NCBI GenBank assembly: GCA_963696385.1 | Contig: CAVOKF010000007.1 | Coordinates: forward strand, 1 to 64,000 | Reading direction: 5' to 3' | DNA from: an uncultured delta proteobacterium | Lineage (GTDB): Bacteria; Myxococcota_A; Polyangia; Polyangiales; Polyangiaceae | DNA length: 64,000 nt | Part shown: positions 61,544-64,000 of the stretch, piece after piece | Position numbering within the stretch: the first letter of the stretch is position 1 | How the letters are laid out: each line of letters starts with the position of its first letter | Program-made: the position numbers and the translations under genes | Notes under the pieces: generated by a model | Seen by the model: the letters and a program-made list of their open reading frames with translations, nothing else | What the model was told of the DNA's origin: nothing | Databases searched by the model: none

Positions 61544-61572
61544 GTCCCGGGAGCTGCGCCACCCGTTCGAGG

Positions 61573-62661
61573 TCACCCGGTGCCTTGAGGGACCGGACTG
61601 CGAACGGCCGGCGCACTTTCGCCGCCGCCGGCGGGATCGGAAGCCGCGGATGCGGTTCGTCGGCGCCTTAGAAGGGCGAGAAGAGCGTACCCGGTCGCAA
61701 TCCAGAGGAGCTCCTTGGCGCGCTTGATGACGACGAAGGCAGCCGCACCCTCGGGGCTTAATCCCATCGCTCGAAAGACGGTGACGTAGCCCGCGTCCTG
61801 CATCCCGAGCCCGGCCGGCGCGACGTTTCCGACCGACCGGATCATCGAAATGCCCACTTCGGCAGCCACTGCGCACGACCAATCGAGCGGGCCGCCGACG
61901 AGTCGGAGCACGATGGCAGTGTCCACGGACTCCAGGATCCAACAACCGAAGAAGGCCGCCGCCGCAAGGGCGGTGGCTCGGCGCGCGGCGCCGATTCGGG
62001 CCAGTCGAGCGTCGAGGGTTGCCGCCCCGTCGCGCCAGCGGACGGCTCGATCGCGCAGCCATGCCCATCGAGTCTTCGCGACGGCGGACTGGATGCGAGC
62101 GAGCGCCGGACGATCGCGGAACCCCAAGCCCATGGCGGTCGACATCATGAGCGGAGCCAGCGCCGACACGCCGACCGCCCACGGAAGCCACGGGCCGCCG
62201 CAGTAGCGACGGGACACAGCCGCGAGCGCGGCTCCCCCCAGCGCGACGCCCATGACGATGTAAAGGAAGTGCCCTCGCATGACGAGCCACTTGCGCGCGA
62301 CGACCAGGATCAACCCCTCCGGCAGGGGTACTCCGCAACGCGTGTCGAGCAGCGACGCCGTGACCGAGTCGGCCACGAGAAACCCCGCCGGGGACGTGAC
62401 ATGGATCGCTTCGGTGCCCACTCGAATCGGCAGCAAGCGAGTCAGGGAAACGGACCGACCGAGCGCCGCGAGCAATATCTGAAGGCCCCACGCGTCGAGC
62501 ACCATCGCGCCGAGAAAGGGCACGAACGCGATGGAAACCACGGGACCGATGGCCTGAATGGCGCGCACGGTAATCCGCCAGTCGACCCCCCCGAATGTCT
62601 GCGCGAGCAGTGCTCCGGCCGCCAGGACGACGAGGGCCGCGACGGTCCACCGCAACGTCAT
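61573..62661 (-). CDS. Lysylphosphatidylglycerol-synthase TM (flippase-like) family membrane protein
   Basis: Multiple TMs, VAPAGLGMQDAGYV and FVVIKRAKELLW. Confidence 0.8.
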   Translation of the reverse strand: MTLRWTVAALVVLAAGALLAQTFGGVDWRITVRAIQAIGPVVSIAFVPFLGAMVLDAWGLQILLAALGRSVSLTRLLPIRVGTEAIHVTSPAGFLVADSVTASLLDTRCGVPLPEGLILVVARKWLVMRGHFLYIVMGVALGGAALAAVSRRYCGGPWLPWAVGVSALAPLMMSTAMGLGFRDRPALARIQSAVAKTRWAWLRDRAVRWRDGAATLDARLARIGAARRATALAAAAFFGCWILESVDTAIVLRLVGGPLDWSCAVAAEVGISMIRSVGNVAPAGLGMQDAGYVTVFRAMGLSPEGAAAFVVIKRAKELLWIATGYALLALLRRRRTASAASDPAGGGESAPAVRSPVPQGTG

Positions 62662-62873
62662 CCGCCCATCGACCCCCGGGAGCGGTCGTGGGGGCGGTGC
62701 TCCGGCTCGTGGGACGACGAGGGCCTCGACGGTCCGTCGTGTCGCGCGGGAGCCCGGTTGCACAGGGGAAATGGTGGCCACACGCGAATGGCGATCCGGC
62801 AACACCTGAGCAAGTGTGCCGTGAATTGGGATCGATGGCGCGGGTCTGGGTCCGCGGATCGGCTTAGCCTTAG

Positions 62874-63050
62874 CCTTCGGATGACAGGGCCGCCGATTCC
62901 CCGCCCCTTCGGATGACAGGGCCGCCGATTCCCCGCCCCTTCCGATGATACGGCCGCCGATTCCCCGGCCCTTCCGATGATACGGCCGCCGATTCGCCCG
63001 TCATCCGATTGCAGGGCCGCCGATTCGCCTGACCTTTCGATGGCAGGACC
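62874..63050. repeat. About 32-bp degenerate tandem repeat, about 5 copies
   Basis: CCTTC(G/C)GATGA(C/T)A(G/C)GGCCGCCGATTCCCCG recurs. Confidence 0.8.
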
Positions 63051-63163
63051 GCGGATCGGCCTGGCCTTCGGGTGGACAGGGTCGCCGATCGGGCGCGGGC
63101 CGGCCTCGAAGAGGCAAGGGTAATCCTTTACATGGGGCATCGTCGGGCGCGAATATTCCGATC

Positions 63164-64000
63164 ATGCGAGTGCCGGGTTTCGCGGCTTGGCTGGGAGCCG
63201 CCGTCGCTCTGTCGTGGGCGCGACCTGCCGGCGCCCAGAAGGTCACCGAGGGCGGCGCGGCGGGGGGGGCCTCAACGGCCTCTGCCCCCGTGGCACAGCC
63301 GACCGACTGGTCGAGGCGTCTGGCGAGCGGCGACAACCGCCAGATCAAGACTGCGCTCGACGACCTGCGCCTGGAAGGACGCGGCGGAGCCGTCGCGATC
63401 CCCGCGATCGTCGATTTGTTGCGCCGAGGTCTGCCGCCGGCACTCACCAAAGCCGCGATCGAGACTCTCGGAGACACCGAGAGCGACACGGCGAGCGACA
63501 CGATCGCGTGGTATACGCGCCACCGCAACGCCGTCGTGCGGCGGGCCGCGGTGGAGGCACTCGCGAAAACTCGGGGCCCAGGGGCTGCGAAAACGCTCGA
63601 AGCGGCGCTTTCGGATTCGGACGAAACGGTTCGCGGGCTCGCGGCGACGGGACTCGGAACCATGAGGGTGCGCGACGCGGTCGCGCCACTGTTCACGGCG
63701 CTCGATCACAAGGTGTTCGAGGCGTCCTCGTCGATCGGCGCCGTGTGCGCCGGGGCCGACTGCGAGCGCCTCGCGGGCAAACTCGGCAGTCTGCCGTTCA
63801 ACGTCGTGACCGGCGGCCTGAACGAAGTCCTGATCCGTCCGCCCGCCGAAGTGAGCGACGACTTGAAGCTCAAGATCGTCGGACGCGTCCGCGAACTCGG
63901 CACCGGCGAAGCCAATCAATTCCTGCAGGGGATTCAAGCGGCTTGGCCGAAGGCCGGATCGCGCCGTGTCAAACGGGCGATCGATCAGGCCGTCCTCGCC
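63164..64000 (+). CDS. Secreted HEAT-repeat protein, partial (runs off the right edge; absent from the ORF track)
   Basis: Own translation: MRVPGFAAWLGAAVALSWARPAGAQ...VRRAAVEALAKT...ALSDSDETVRGLAATGLG, open to the window end. Confidence 0.85.
   Translation, partial: MRVPGFAAWLGAAVALSWARPAGAQKVTEGGAAGGASTASAPVAQPTDWSRRLASGDNRQIKTALDDLRLEGRGGAVAIPAIVDLLRRGLPPALTKAAIETLGDTESDTASDTIAWYTRHRNAVVRRAAVEALAKTRGPGAAKTLEAALSDSDETVRGLAATGLGTMRVRDAVAPLFTALDHKVFEASSSIGAVCAGADCERLAGKLGSLPFNVVTGGLNEVLIRPPAEVSDDLKLKIVGRVRELGTGEANQFLQGIQAAWPKAGSRRVKRAIDQAVLA

Overview
High-GC DNA whose gene content (Ser/Thr kinases, sigma-54 activator, ECF/anti-sigma pair, AgmX-type and FGE-sulfatase proteins) points to a myxobacterium, probably Polyangiaceae (inference). 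The window has two parts. Roughly 1-39.2 kb is accessory DNA that ends at an excisionase, a tyrosine integrase and tRNA-Ala(GGC). It holds a broken VirD2/DUF3363-type relaxase with a MOBP-type oriT and a 46-bp tandem array, an IS66 with a passenger gene, an internally deleted IS21-like element, three paralogous Ser/Thr kinases, a candidate toxin/immunity pair and many pseudogenes. It also holds an intact six-gene minus-strand cluster at 19.2-29.6 kb: small membrane protein, C14 caspase-like protease, calcineurin-like phosphoesterase, CHAT-VMAP, MoxR ATPase, and a vWA(SAV_2336-type) protein fused to a catalytically dead CHAT and a C-terminal domain that looks gasdermin-like. This is the best candidate for an undescribed system: a MoxR/vWA/VMAP ternary conflict module wired to caspase-clan proteases and a possible pore former. 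Roughly 39.3-64 kb looks like core chromosome: kinase-GAF-sigma54 activator, Rieske plus cytochrome b/c, DUF72, sorbosone dehydrogenase-like protein, kdpDE, SNF2 helicase, ligD/ku, OmpR/PhoB regulator, LPG-synthase-like membrane protein and a HEAT protein, with several intergenic tandem repeats. All family calls come from motif recognition by eye; no database searches were run.
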